From Okamejei kenojei (lineage: Eukaryota), in assembly GCA_035221665.1 (NCBI GenBank), contig CM069134.1:104842001-104906000 (forward strand): a stretch of 64,000 nucleotides of DNA. The letters run 5' to 3'. Position 1 is the stretch's first letter. Each line of letters begins with the position of its first letter. A program made the position numbers and the translations under genes. The notes under the pieces were generated by a model that was not told where the DNA came from, did not search any database, and saw only the letters and a program-made list of their open reading frames with translations. Below are positions 24,751-37,489 of this stretch, one piece after another.

Positions 24751-24904
24751 CAACTTGCAGCGCAATGGTATGAATATTGATTCTCGCTATCCCTCCCCCA
24801 CCCAAGTCGGACTAGCTTCTCGATTTCACCCCACAAATAGCTAACAATGGCCTGTTTTGTTTATAATTGTTACTTTTTGCATATCTTTTATACATTGTTC
24901 CTTA

Positions 24905-25543
24905 GGGGCCTGTCCCACTTACATGTCCTTGGCATGCAAATTACATGACCTTGTGGTCACGTTGAGGCATACGGGCATCTTATGGCCGCGCGAGGCCGGT
25001 CCCACTTAGAAGCGTGGAGGGGTATGTAGTTGTGCGCGACATCATGCGGGGCTCAGAAATTTTTGTAGTGAACAAAATCTTCGCGCGCCAACGGCCTGTC
25101 GCGGAACTGAGGGCCAAAGTGGGACAAGCCCAAAACCCTGGCGCGACACAACGTCTCACCTTCAACAGCAGCAGAAGCAGGCAAACGATTGCTGAACTCG
25201 GCCTGGGGATCACTGCCGTTACGGTCCAAAATGCAGGTGTAACTCAGCGGGACCGGCAGCATATCTGGAGAGAAGCAATGGGTGACGTTTCGGGTCAAGA
25301 CCCTACCTTTCAGACTGAAGAAGAGTCTCGACACGAAACATCACTCATTCCTTCTCTCCAGAGATGCTGCCGGTCCTGCTGATTTACTCCAGCTTTGTGT
25401 CCATCTTCAAATGACGTCACGCGCTCCAGATGGCTGTGCGTATGCATGTAATCGAGCCCGACCTTCGCCGGACCATCGCGGCTCAATGTCACCACGAGGT
25501 CGCGTAATTTGCATGCCAAGGACACGTAAGTTGGACAGGCCCT
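24905..25543. mobile_element. PIF/Harbinger-type MITE inserted in a Penelope terminal region
   Basis: ~50-bp TIRs (GGGGCCTGTCCCACTTACATGTCCTTGGCATGCAAATTAC / GTAATTTGCATGCCAAGGACACGTAAGTTGGACAGGCCCT); TTA TSD at 24902-24904 and 25544-25546. Confidence 0.9.
25228..25409. mobile_element. Head-to-head pair of Penelope termini inside the MITE
   Basis: Inverted arms around TCAG-A-CTGA (25310-25318); hammerhead-like core on each strand. Confidence 0.85.
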
Positions 25544-26334
25544 TTACTCTCCACGTCATAGTTTATCTCTCTCATTTCCCTTATCCCTAACCAATCTGAA
25601 GAAGGGTCTTGACCCAAAATGCTACCCATTCCAGGCCTGTATGAAACTTTTCAATAAGAGGGGTGGCATGACAGAATTACAAAAAAAATATGTTAAATAA
25701 TGTGCGCACAGCGCACATCATGAGCGCGAAACCCCTCGCGGCTGGGGTCTAGGGCCTGCTTAAGTGGTTTTAGATGCTCTCTGGTGCATTCAGATCATTA
25801 TTTTGGAGCATTTCTGCACCAAATTTATGACCAATATTTCAGAATAATTTTGGTTGAGTCAAGAGTAACGAGTGAGGGGGAATAGGATGATTGGGGTCAT
25901 TGTTGTATACATTTAAAAAAAATCAGGAATTGAAGTTGTACTTTTGTAAAATGTTATGTAAAATGTTATAAAGGAGCATGCAAAAACTGCAAGTAAAATA
26001 CTGTAAGTTATGTAGTAAAGAAAACCTTTTTTAGAAAATGTTTTGTGTGTTGATTTGATTGCCTGTTACTGTTAGACTATGTTAGTGTGTGCAGTGCACT
26101 ATTAATGGTCCTCCTGACCTATCAACTTCACATCACATGCAACATTTAGTTCTACTTCTATTTCCATGAAATTGTGCATGACATTACTATGATTGCTTTC
26201 AAACTAACCTATTTTATTGTCATACTATTATAACAAATTCTAGTTCCATGATGACTCATAAACAAGATCACAAATCACAAACAGCCCAACAAACCAGACC
26301 ACACATCCATTAGGGTTGCTTTAGCGTCTTGCAA

Positions 26335-27180
26335 GTTGTAAGATATGATACGATACAATGGCACTTTATTATAAGCCCGAGGTCTGAAATTTGTTTTTGC
26401 ATACAGCCATACAGTAAAATAAAGAACACAACACACAATAGAGTCCAACATAAAACATCCCCACACAGCAGAATTGAAAAGTTTCCTACTGTGAGGGAAG
26501 GCACCAAAGTCAGTCATCTTCCTCTGATGTTCACCCGTGCTCGGGGCCTCCGTAGCCCGCCGCAGTCGCCGCTACGAGCAGCCCGCCGCTGTCGCCCACT
26601 TGCTGGGATGATGGAACTCCGGCGTCGGAACAGGAGGCCTACCTCAGCGGCTTGGACCTACGAATCGGCCGCTTCCCACCGGAGAACGTGGCTCCCGACA
26701 TCCCCAGGCCGTACTGGGTGCAGATTCAACGCTGGGTCCTTTGGCAAAGGGCCCCAGGGACTCCGCAATGTTGGAGTCAGCGCCGCCCGCGTTGGGAGCT
26801 CTGCGAACCAGAGCTCCGCGATGTTGGACCAGCGGGCCCAATGCTCCTGAGCTCCAAACGACGATCCAGGTAGGTATCGCCCGCTCCACGGTGAATCCAG
26901 TGCCGCGCCGCCGCTGCCAAAGCTCTGGTCCAGTCCCCGGTCTCCGGTAGGAAAGGCCGCTCTGATCCAGTTGTAGGCCGCGTGGAAGGGGGGCAAGGAC
27001 ACGACTCAGAGAAATAGTCGCACAACCGCCAAGAAGCGACTGGGAAACGGTTCCCCCCTCCCCCACATAGAAAAACTAAAGAATCCCTAAAACAAACTGT
27101 TTAGACAAACTAAAATTCAAAAAAAGATAGGAAAATTGGACAGGCTGCAGGCAGAGGTTGCTAGCAGTGCAGTGCCCCGT
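26335..27180 (-). mobile_element. Non-autonomous retroposon with (GATAC)n-type tail
   Basis: gatacgatacaatggcactttatt tail, GC-rich body and A-rich end, arranged like 18871-19625. Confidence 0.5.
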
Positions 27181-29328
27181 ACATATTGTACAAAACTGAT
27201 TCAGTTATCATCACCGTCCATTTCATAGGCTGATATAACCAACAACGTATTCAGTAAAATGCTAAATACATACTCTCCCCCCCCCCCCTCAAGAACAACA
27301 GGTAAATCTATAAGATATGCCATCCCCCGCCCCCCCCCTTCCAGTTTTACACAAGATCAACGGATACACCGCGCTCCTTGATTAATTCCATCTCCACTGA
27401 TAGTTTACTGGAAGTTTATACACGTTCCCCATCCACAACAGGCGTTCTGTGATAGCTGATTTGTGTTAAGAGATATTGTCTCCAGAGATGCTGCCTGTCC
27501 CGCTGAGTTATTCCAGATTTTTGTGTATATCTTTAGTTGTACTGAACCTTGGTTTAGCATATTCTTGCTCAGTTCATCAGTAGATATCTATCAATAGGAT
27601 CAACAAGGAATTCGGAGACTGCCACTCATACCCTTACAGGGAACCTTCCTGACAAATAACTACAGGGAGGTGCTTGACTGTAACCCAGGAAACTCTCAGT
27701 GGGCTTCATGCACATGAATCATTCACATTATCTCGGCAGGATGGACAGAATTTTCAATCAATGTCTCATGTCCCGAAGGATGGCAAGTGAAACAAAGCAG
27801 CATTGATCCTAAACTGCTCTTTGTAGCTAATGGAGATTTTAAATATTGAACTGTGGGGTGAATTAAAATGAATGACAGCATGTTATAAATCCACCCTTTG
27901 GTGCTTAAATCATGGACGGGGAATTAGGGAAATGTTTGTATCAGGAAGCAAATTCATTGTTACTTACTGTGAACCATTGCTTAAGACAAACTTCAACCTT
28001 AACATGCCAAAACAGCCATACATGAGCATAGATTTGGAGATAAAGGTATATACCATTAAATAGAAGCAACGGGGAACATTGATAACAAAGACAAAGTTTC
28101 ACACAGTTTCAGTTGTATACTTCAGATGGCAAACACAACATGGAGAGATAGACCTTATGGTGTACTTTAATCAGCTTGCCTAACATCCTGACTTTTGTCT
28201 TTTTCAAAATTATCAAGTATCCATGCAAATAAAAATACAATGTCCCAAATGTAAGGACTCAATAATATATATTGACATGTGTAGAAAGACAATTAGCAGG
28301 TATCGTCTGATTCCTTCTTCAGTTCTTGAGTCTGCTGAACATAATAAATGTGCAATATCACAACTTCCAGTCAGATTAGTTTCTTTCCTTAGAAGTGCCC
28401 AGAGCTAATTTAATAAAGTGTTCTCATGTACTACTGGAAAATTACAGCATTAGTTCATAAGGTACAATAACAACGGAGACACATTGCCTCAAAAGCATGA
28501 AGACTCATTCAGTGTAATTATGTGGCAACATGTGCCAGGAGGCCGTTTCGAAAGACAGCTTCTCAAACTGTTGGTTTACCAGTCTTGTATATAACACCGC
28601 AGAGTACTCAGTGCAGAGTCAGCAGTCGAAGGCAGTCATTTAGTCATTGATCAGCCAGCTATTTGGGAAAATAAAGAATAAATACTGACCATATACCCAA
28701 TAGAGGTGAAACGAGGTTGTATTATATGGAAAATATGCGTAACTAACACCAGATTCAACCATTCTTTATAATCTTAGAAGTGCCTATAAGGAAAGGTGAG
28801 ACCCAGCAACCATCAAAGACAGTGCTGTTCTGCTAAAGCAGGAAATAATTACCAGAATAATTGTATCACTGACTGTAGTCTTTGTCAAGTGAAATTATTT
28901 TTCAGTGTGTGAACAATGTCTTTAGTGTTGGATATTGCACTTTGGATTGTCAAGGAATATGGCAGAATGGAACCATAGAAGTTGATTGAATGAGTTTGAA
29001 ATTCAAGTCATCTTTCTGTTCTAAAACTGCAGGCAAATTTGTAAAATGGGATTGTTTCTGTTAACCTAATTAAATCTGATGAAACATATCACAATATAAT
29101 AAATTAGTAAGATTAAATGAGACCTTACCAGTTCAAAGTTTGATCCTTATTTTATGAGGAGTGACGTTGAGGGATTACGTGAAGAAGCCCCGCCAGGCGC
29201 ATGCGCGTCATACTTCAAAGCAGCGGCGTGAAAACACAGAAAACAAATAGCCAAAGTAACATAGTAAGGCTCATAGAAGACTAGAACTACCAGATGATCT
29301 CTTAGATTATGAAGGTGGGAGCGGAGGG

Positions 29329-29441
29329 CACGTAATCCCTCAACGTCACTCCTCATAAAATAAGGATCAAACTTCGAACTGGTAAGTTCGCGTTTAATCT
29401 TACTATTTTACTTCGGAGTCACATGAGTGACTACGTGAAGA
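29329..29441. other. DIRS internal complementary region (ICR)
   Basis: 29329-29405 is the reverse complement of 29105-29181; 29405-29441 is the reverse complement of 33944-33980 (1 mismatch). Confidence 0.95.
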
Positions 29442-29640
29442 TTTCAAAGCTCTGTGTTTGCATGCCGCAGATGCACTCCATACGACAAGCTGCTTTGGTT
29501 GACACAGTAGTAAAATAAAGAAGATATTGAACATTGCATGAATAATTCAATAACGATTTTAATAATAACAAACAGAGTAATGACCCCTCTGTCCCAGGGG
29601 GAAATTACAAACAATAATTGATATAAACAAAGCAATAAAA

Positions 29641-30570
29641 TTAAATGGAACCCAAAACAGTAGGCCCAAACCGTGGCACTGCCTGAACAGGTTTATCATA
29701 AAAATGAGAAAAAGTTGACTCTCTAGACCACCTTACGGCCAAGATGATTTGATCTAGCGGCATGTCCTGAGCCTTCGCCGCGGATGTAGACGCCCCCCTG
29801 GTGGAGTGAGATTTAAACACATCAGTGTCGATTCCCGCAGAACTGAGAATCTGTTTCAACCATCTAGAAATAGTTTGTAGTGACACTTGCTTACATGGCT
29901 TTTTGTGACTAATGAGCAGTCCTGTCTCAGAACCTCTCAGACTCCTTGTTAACGCAATATATTGGGTTAAATGTTAAACTACACATAACAGTTGGTCAAC
30001 AGGATATGCTTTAAACGTCACCTTGATTCCTGACCTTCCTGGTCTACTTTGTTTGATTAAATCACAGACATAAAATGTAATATCATCTTGAGAGAAATGC
30101 ATATAATCTATTCTTAACAAGTGCAATGTTTGTTCACGTTGTGCTGAAACCAACGCCATTAACATAACCACTTTAAGAGTCAATTTTTGCAAAGATAATG
30201 ACGCAATTGGTGCCCATTGCCGAAGCAGTGTGAGAACTATACTGATATCCCAGATTGCTGTGTATCTGGGTTGAGGAGGGTTTTTGTTAAAAATTCCTCT
30301 CATAAACCTGGATACCAATGGATGAGACCCGATAGGTTGTCGTGCTGAAGACTGCCCTAAATAAGAGGACAAAGCACTGCGAGCAGTGTTAATAGCACTA
30401 TAACTAAGATGCTCATCAAAATGTAAAGTAGCAAGGAACTCCAACACATCACGTACACTAGCAGTATCATATGATATATTAGATTGTACACAGAACAGTT
30501 CCCATTTCTTAATGTGCACGAGGTATTGTTTTTTAGTGCTAGTTCTCCAGCCTGCAGTCATAACCTCCAT
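29641..30570 (-). pseudogene. DIRS tyrosine recombinase (split)
   Basis: WRTSTKKQY, YSAINTARSAL, HPLV.RF, ALVSAQR, HSTRGASTS, WS..STF..FY across ORFs 29974-30570 and 29641-29886. Confidence 0.93.
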
Positions 30571-30608
30571 GGTCCTGTTCGATAAACCAAGCCCTTGGAA
30601 TGGTCTGG

Positions 30609-31369
30609 TCAGAACCTGCAGACCAATAAATTGATACGGTCATGTAATGGGTGACTTTCTCCTGTAACCGGATGCACCAACAAATGACTGCCGCTGGGAA
30701 TCCTCATGAATGGCTGTGCCATCATTTTCAGTACCAATGGGAACCATGATTGTGTTGGCCAATCTGGGACCACCAAAACACCTGTGGTGGAGTCACGCTC
30801 TATTTTGGTGAGACATTTTGCAATCAGGCAGAATGGAGGAAACGCATAAAAGAATGAGTGTCCCCAGTGTAACGAGAATGCATCCACAGCTACTGTACCT
30901 GAATCTGACTCCCAGGAGACATATTTAGGCATCTGGTGATTCAGTCTGGATGCAAAGAGATCAATATCTGGCAATCCAAATCGAGTAACAATGGTTTGAA
31001 ATATGCTGACATTCAACATCCATTCTATATTGTCATTAAACTTTCTCGACCTAAGGTCAGCTACCACATTATCTATACCTGGTAGATAGATGGCTGAAAC
31101 CCAGGTGTTCCGCGAAATACGCCAATGCCAGATAGTATTAGCCAAGTTATCACATAACACAGATCTAGCTCCTCCTATATGATTAATATATGCCACAGCT
31201 GTGGTGTTATCAATCTGGAGTTGAACGTGGAAATCAGACATTATGGAGAAATATGCTTTTAACCCATAAAAAGCACCCAATAATTCCAGATAATTAATAC
31301 CATGTGTGTGAAGAAGCAAGTCCTCTTGCTCAGTCCATCTACCCCCACAGCTAGACTCTGTGTCTGTAG

Positions 31370-31401
<32 letters not shown>

Positions 31402-31636
31402 ATCCGAGAGCGCTAACATCAGTCTGTAAAATCACTGAATGTTCGTCCACCAAAATGTGATTGGTGGCTTGGCTAACATTAACAATCCACCACTGCAATT
31501 CTGCCAGAGCCGTGGTGGGTAACTGCATAAGCCGATCAAAATGGCCTGCATTGTGTTTCAATGCTTGTTCTCTTGCTCTTTGCAAATGTTGATAATGCAA
31601 AGGCCCAAACTGTACTGCAGGAAAGGCTGCTACCAA
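30609..31636 (-). pseudogene. DIRS RNase H + N6-adenine methyltransferase-like domain
   Basis: TDVS..GWG, INYLEL, DNTT, N..AD..SR (RNase H); DLFAS, VDAF, YAFPPF, VVPDWPTQSWF (MT); frameshift at a G32 run. Confidence 0.92.
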
Positions 31637-31703
31637 TTTCCCAATGACCTTTGCAACGTCTCGGATGGAAGGATAAAGATTTTGTGTAATACCAATAGAG
31701 ACA

Positions 31704-32500
31704 TTAACAATATCTACTACCTTGGCTGATGGTAATGTAATCTGTCATATGAACTGAATCAAGAAGAAACCCCAAATACTCAATCTGTTGGGTTGGCTGT
31801 AACTTGGACTTAAGTGGATGGACCAAAAATCCCAATGATTCAAAGAGATTCTTGGTTGCTGTAACAGAGTCTGCAGCTGACTCTTTAGTGTTGCCGACAA
31901 TTAAGATATCATCTAAATAGGCCATAACAATGTGATTGTGGGCCCTCAATTGCCCCAGCACAGTTTCACCAATTTAGTAAATAACCTAGGTGCAGAACTT
32001 AATCCATTACGCAATGCTCTATATTGCCACAGCTGTCCCATCCAATTAAATTTCAAGTACCTACGATAATCAACATGAATTGGCACTGAATAATAAGCAT
32101 CTTGTAAATCAATGGTGGCTATATAACAACCCTGGGACATCAGCTGTTTTGCAGTAACGAATGTGTCCATTTTAAAATGCCTCTAGAGAACTGAAGTATT
32201 CAATTGAGTGAGATCCAGAATTACTCTACAACCACCATCAAATTGTTGAGGATGATGAACTGCTTTTTCAATCACACCTTTACGGGACAAATTCTGAATC
32301 TCCACATTGACTTGCTCAGTCTCGTGAACAGAAGACACCAACACTTTACAAGGCTTATGCTGGTGAGGTGGATCTATCCCTGAGATAAACTCAATGATGG
32401 ACCCCGACATTTAGAATAAACATATCAGACGTTATACAGCACCATTCCTGATAAAACAATTGTAATCGACCTCCAATAGGAGGTTGCACACCAGAATTTG
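31704..32500 (-). pseudogene. DIRS reverse transcriptase (frameshifted)
   Basis: GGRLQLF, RVILDL..LN, IDLQDAYY, GLSSAPRLFTK, YLDD, YLG. Confidence 0.93.
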
Positions 32501-32549
32501 TAACCTGAACACAAAGTCCCTGTACCTCTGCTGGTGGTTTGGAAAACTG

Positions 32550-33782
32550 TTGTGTGACTGTGTTGGGCTTATAGGCAACGTGACGTGGTGGATACCCTCG
32601 TTGCCACCCTGGCCTCCCTCTGCTGGGCCCAGCACCTGGATCGGACCTCCGGTAAACGACCCCAGGCTTCGGAATAAACGGGCGAGCTGTGGCTGGCTTC
32701 ATTAGACCCATGGTTTTCGCCTCTTCGTCAATATCCCAAATTTGTTTTACGAGATCGGAACCAAAGAGGAGTTCAGGCGATTGGACGTTGGTCGCCTTAC
32801 AGAGCGCAGCAAATTTTTGGTTCAGGGTCGGCTTGATGGCAATTTTCCGAATGCAGTTGATCTCGAAAAAGACGTTACAGATCATACCCAACATGTCTTT
32901 ATGTAACGGAGTTAACACAGTCCCTCAGACCATGGTGCCAAATGCAGTGATCGTAGCCGCCACCAATTTGAGGACGTGCTGATAACGAACCTCCTGCCCC
33001 CTCATGGAAGGACTCTTATGGGTGCCCATATAGCTGGGTTCACCATTGGCACTTTTAACGATGCACAGTTTACAGGTGTTTTATATTTATTACTTGTCTC
33101 TTGCATGACCGATTGTTGTAGCCGGTGAGAAACTAAGTAATTGATATTAGTTGCTAGGTAGTCCTCCATCGGCTCACCAGTTCCCTCTGGAATAGCAAAA
33201 GTCATTGCTATGTCCGGTACACCCGGAGCAAGGCTCTTGTGCTCTGGTGTTTGCACATAAGCAGGGACACCAGACATAGGGTCAGCTGCATCCTGCCCCA
33301 CATCTCCCATTTGATAATCAAGGGAGGCATCCCCCAGTCCTATAATAGGTGCTGGAAGGAATTCCCCACGGCGGTATTCAAGGTAATCCTCTTCATAAGG
33401 TCCCTGCTGCAACGGCCTGAGGAATCACTGTGGCCTTAGCCCCTTGCTGTATTAGAACCTGGAGCATATTTTCCATTTGCTGCATTCTGCCCCACATCTT
33501 TTTATTAACTGGGGGAGAATCACCACCGTCATCAGAGTCATCAGACAATACTGGCCTGTTGGTTTTCCTTTTGGCCTTCCTGTGGCTCTCAGCAGCCTCA
33601 GCCTGTTGAGTTTCAGGCACTGTCCTGGAACAACTTTCAACAGGTTCCACCGGTGAAACGGCACCCGGTATCGGAACCAGAGGTCCCGTTGTTATCTCCC
33701 GACCTGATCGAGAATGCGATTCTTCGCAAGACACACACTTAGAACGCACCCTCCGTCCGGGCTGATCCATCTCCAACTTCAA
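32550..33782 (-). pseudogene. DIRS gag-like ORF1 (frameshifted)
   Basis: Lies upstream of pol; P.NC..L.VP.VN..IW and LLFGSDL motifs; homologous to 1-490. Confidence 0.8.
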
Positions 33783-35269
33783 CTGACTTCACGAGCCAGC
33801 TTTACGGAGCTAAATACCCTGCAGGAAAAGTTGTTTAACACTTACCTGCAAAGTTTCTACTTACCCGCTGGTGGAGCTGTGCCCTCCAGCCCGTTCAGTG
33901 CGACATGCGCGGATGTAATGATCCGCATGAGCCTGGCGGGGCTTCTTCACGTAGTCACTCACGTGACTCCGAAGTAAAATCCAGCTAGAGCTCCATTCCC
34001 CACACCACCCACCCTGGACATCCTGAATAAATCATGGGAGAGGTGCTGAGATCACCTTTGTTTTTAACACACACTGCTGCTGGCTGCTCGCAAGTAAGAA
34101 ACCATGAAAAGTGCTTCTTCCTTGAAGATCTCTTCAGTATGTCTGCAATTTGTAAAAGGAAGATATCATTATATTTAACAAACAGGAACGCTTGGTGAAA
34201 ATGTAATTAAACTCAAGTGCTTACATCCGGATTTTCCAGCACCGCTGCATCACACAATTTAATTTGTTTGTACAGTATTTGGGATGGTTCATTAAAATCC
34301 ATTCATTACTGAAGGAGAAATATAGTGCATATATAGTTGCAGCATTCACTGTGGATTTGGCTATTTTTCAAGTTTGGGTCCTTGCAGTCAGTTTCGGGTT
34401 CCAATAATTCCATAAATATTGACACTGTTCTCATTCACACTTTAAAGCCTCAAATTGAGCTTAAATTTACAAGGAATTCTAATTTTTATTGGACGTGCTT
34501 AATGCTTTTCACCCCTGCTAAGTTTTTCCACATTATCTGTTTTCCCCATTCTTCTATCAGCACCGGAGGTTACACACATTCCATTATGGCTGCAGTCTGT
34601 ATCCCCCAAAGGTTCATGCAGCTATAGGGATTTCAGTAATTGCTTGTGCCTGTGCATATATTTTACTCATGCATTAACCCATGCTTAAGCATCTTGGCAT
34701 TTCACAGAATTTTCATGAGAGTGCCTAATGTATTCCAGAATTTATAATTTATCTTTAATATTTGCAGCTCTGCATACCAACAGTCTAAAAATATTTATAA
34801 TACATGACAGATTTGCATACATTGTGGGAGATATCCCATGAGATGCATTCAGTCTTGGATTGACAGCAGTCATGGAGGGTCACTTTGAAAGCTACACTTT
34901 ACCAAAGACTGTCAAAGTGACAACCATCCCTCAATGTCTAGGACTCTAATCCGTTTAAGGGCATTGTCAGGATGGCATGTCTGTTGTGCATGAATGCACA
35001 GGGTTGGTAAATGATAGCATGTTTGCCAGGACAGGCAATTATTTTAAAAATGCTTAAACTGAGGGAGGTCAAAATGAATGGACACTTGGAGGCTCTGCCA
35101 GGCACCCCTAAGATGCAGAGTGTTATCGACTACAAGCGTTTGCCAAAACACTCATGTGCAGCAAGAAATCATTGCACTTTTTCTAAGGATTTCTCCATTT
35201 TGCAATCCTTGTGATTTGAGCAGAGGTAAGGGCCAAATTATCTTTGTCTTGGTCCTGCCCTTTGGGGAC

Positions 35270-35720
35270 CAGGAAGCCTCCATAGTAGACTGTCACCTGT
35301 AAAGTGTCATCAAGCCATAAAGCAGCATGTAGGATGATGAGAGTGGGAAGGAATGGATTCAAATGGATTGAACAGACTTCCAATTTCATGTTGCCTCCAC
35401 CTCATCCCTCCAATGTCAGCTCGATGATGTCCTGCAAGCAGTGGGATATTGAGCAATTTCCTGTTGAAACATGAGGCAATGAAGGGCCTGCATGCATATA
35501 TATGCTTGCCATGTTAACTCATCTGGTCACTCTTCCATAGATAAAAGCATCATCACAGATACTTCCAAGATTATGCTGGAGATGGATTCTTGCAGTCTCT
35601 CAGTCAGTTGACAGGGCTGGCTTCCAGCATCCTGTTTATTAAAATACTTTGGAAGTAGCCTGTTCTTCAATGGCTGCAGTATCTTCATCCAACTCCAACA
35701 AAACATCACCTAATTTTACA
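35270..35720 (-). mobile_element. Highly decayed Gypsy-like RT remnant
   Basis: Frameshifted SKVF/KQDAGS and ICDDAFIYG resemble Gypsy RT motifs; weak. Confidence 0.35.
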
Positions 35721-36619
35721 GTCCCTTCAGTGTGAAATCCCACTACTCCCAGAATCTCACATTTCTCTATGACACAGATGGAGGTCCCAGACCAGATTCC
35801 ATACTAATGCACAGACCAGGCCCACAAGTTCCACTCCCATAACTCTATCCCTGCAGCATATTTTCTCTCAGATACCCATCAACTCCATTTTCCTACCATC
35901 CATCTACACCGGGGAAAATCTGCATTTACCAAATAATCAATGTGGTCACTTGGAAAATGTACAATTTCCACATCAAACACAGGTTTCTGGAGCTGTGAGG
36001 CAGCTGCACCACTTGCTGCACTGCTGTGCCACCCATACTCTCCTCTTCTTCATTAAATTGATTTCCTAAGCTTTGAGTTACTGAGTTGGCATATGTTCAA
36101 CATGATTCTAGTGATGGTGCATCATCGTAGTGAATGTTTCCATCTTGTGCTGTCTAAGCCGGGATTGGAAAAAAATCCAGGAGAAATTAAAAATTCAGCC
36201 CTTCTCGAGCCTGCACCGGATCAGAAATTTATTCCCCTTAGCAAGATCCAACTCACTCTTAATATAGCCAGCCAACATGTGAATATTTACAGTTATCTTG
36301 TTTTTGCATAATCTTTTCATTTTCACAGGCGTGTATAACTTATATATAATTGATGGTTTTGTTTGTCCTGTGATGTTGATGAAAGCAAGGTTTTCTTTGT
36401 ACCTCTACATCACTTGTGCATATGATAATATGACAATAAATTAGACTTGATTTGACTTGGCTTTCTCTTTACAGGTGCTGCCTGACTTGCTGAGTATTTC
36501 CAGCACTCTCTGTTTTTATTTCAGACATCCACTATCTGCAAAGTGTTGCTTGGGTTTTTTAGGTTACTGCTAGTAATGCTACAGCTACAAAAAAACACTA
36601 ACTTCAAAATCTTTATCTC

Positions 36620-37110
36620 ATATAAATGTAAGAAGCAGGTTCATAGTTGATCCAATCTTGATCCTGCCATCACTTTCTTGGACTCTCCACATAATCCGAG
36701 GGTTCCTTGTAGTTTAAATGATTGTCAATCTCTGCCTAGCAGACATTCAATAATTTACTTACCTTCACAGCTCTCTAGGTTGAGAATTCAAAAGATTCTT
36801 CAGTCTCTGAAAGAAGGAATACCTCATTGCCCCTTTATCTGAAATATTGTCTCCTAGTTTTGCACAATCCATTCCTCAATTTACCCTCTCAGCATTCATC
36901 CTATTAATTCCCTCAGAATCTTAATGTTTCACTGAAATCATTTCTTATTTTTTATATACTCTAATAGGTTTAGGCCCAATCTGTCCAACTTTCTTCATTG
37001 ATCAGCCCAGGAATCAACCCAGTGAACTTTTTCTGTGCTGCCTCTAGGGCAAACACATCCTCTCTTAAATATGAAGACCAAAATTGTACACAGCACTCAC
37101 TGTTCCCGCA
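36620..37110 (-). mobile_element. Old CR1 3' fragment
   Basis: ccaggaatcaacccagtgaac, gaccaaaattgtacacagcactc (reverse of EYCVQFWS region). Confidence 0.7.
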
Positions 37111-37281
37111 TACATCATTGCTTCATATCCTTTTCCACATATTTCATTTTTTTCTTGCTCTTCCTTACTTTCACTGATGGATATCTATCATTAAATATCA
37201 CCATAATCTTTCCACTGCTGCTGTCAAGTAGGAGGTACAGAGCCCCAAGTCCCACATCATTAGGTTCAGGAACACATAAAG

Positions 37282-37489
37282 AGAAGATAGACACAAAAAG
37301 CTGGAGTAACTCAGCGGGACAGGCAACATCTCTGGAGAGAAGGAATGGGTGATGTTTCGAGTCGGGACCCTTCTTCAGACTGTCAGGGGAGAGGGACTAG
37401 AGATATGGAAGGGTAAGGTCTGAAAACCACAGATCAAAGTTTACGATGACCAAGGGAAGGCAGAATGGCTCGCTTCAAGATGACAACAC
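37282..37489 (-). mobile_element. Penelope terminal fragment with hammerhead-like core at 37351-37378
   Basis: Minus CTGAAGAAGGGTCCCGACTCGAAACATC; flanking repeat TTCA(G/A)GAACACATAAAG at 37265-37281 and 37490-37506. Confidence 0.85.

Larger units (their letters stand above)
29105..33980 (-). mobile_element. DIRS1-like tyrosine recombinase retrotransposon, full-length structure, inactivated
   Basis: Order gag-RT-RNaseH-MT-YR; ITR (29176-29205 vs 33924-33953); ICR complementary to both ends; several stops and frameshifts. Confidence 0.96.

Noticed and set aside
26329-27066. GC-rich overlapping ORFs / CpG-island promoter
   Set aside because: Lie within a tailed retroposon-like repeat; ORFs are expected from GC content
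25632-27350. hAT-like DNA transposon (GGGGTGGCAT..ATGCCATCCCC inverted motif)
   Set aside because: No clear terminal repeats or 8-bp TSD could be defined
29641-31403. Phage/bacterial integrase plus Dam methylase (contamination or HGT)
   Set aside because: Both are standard DIRS domains, in DIRS order with RT, ITR and ICR
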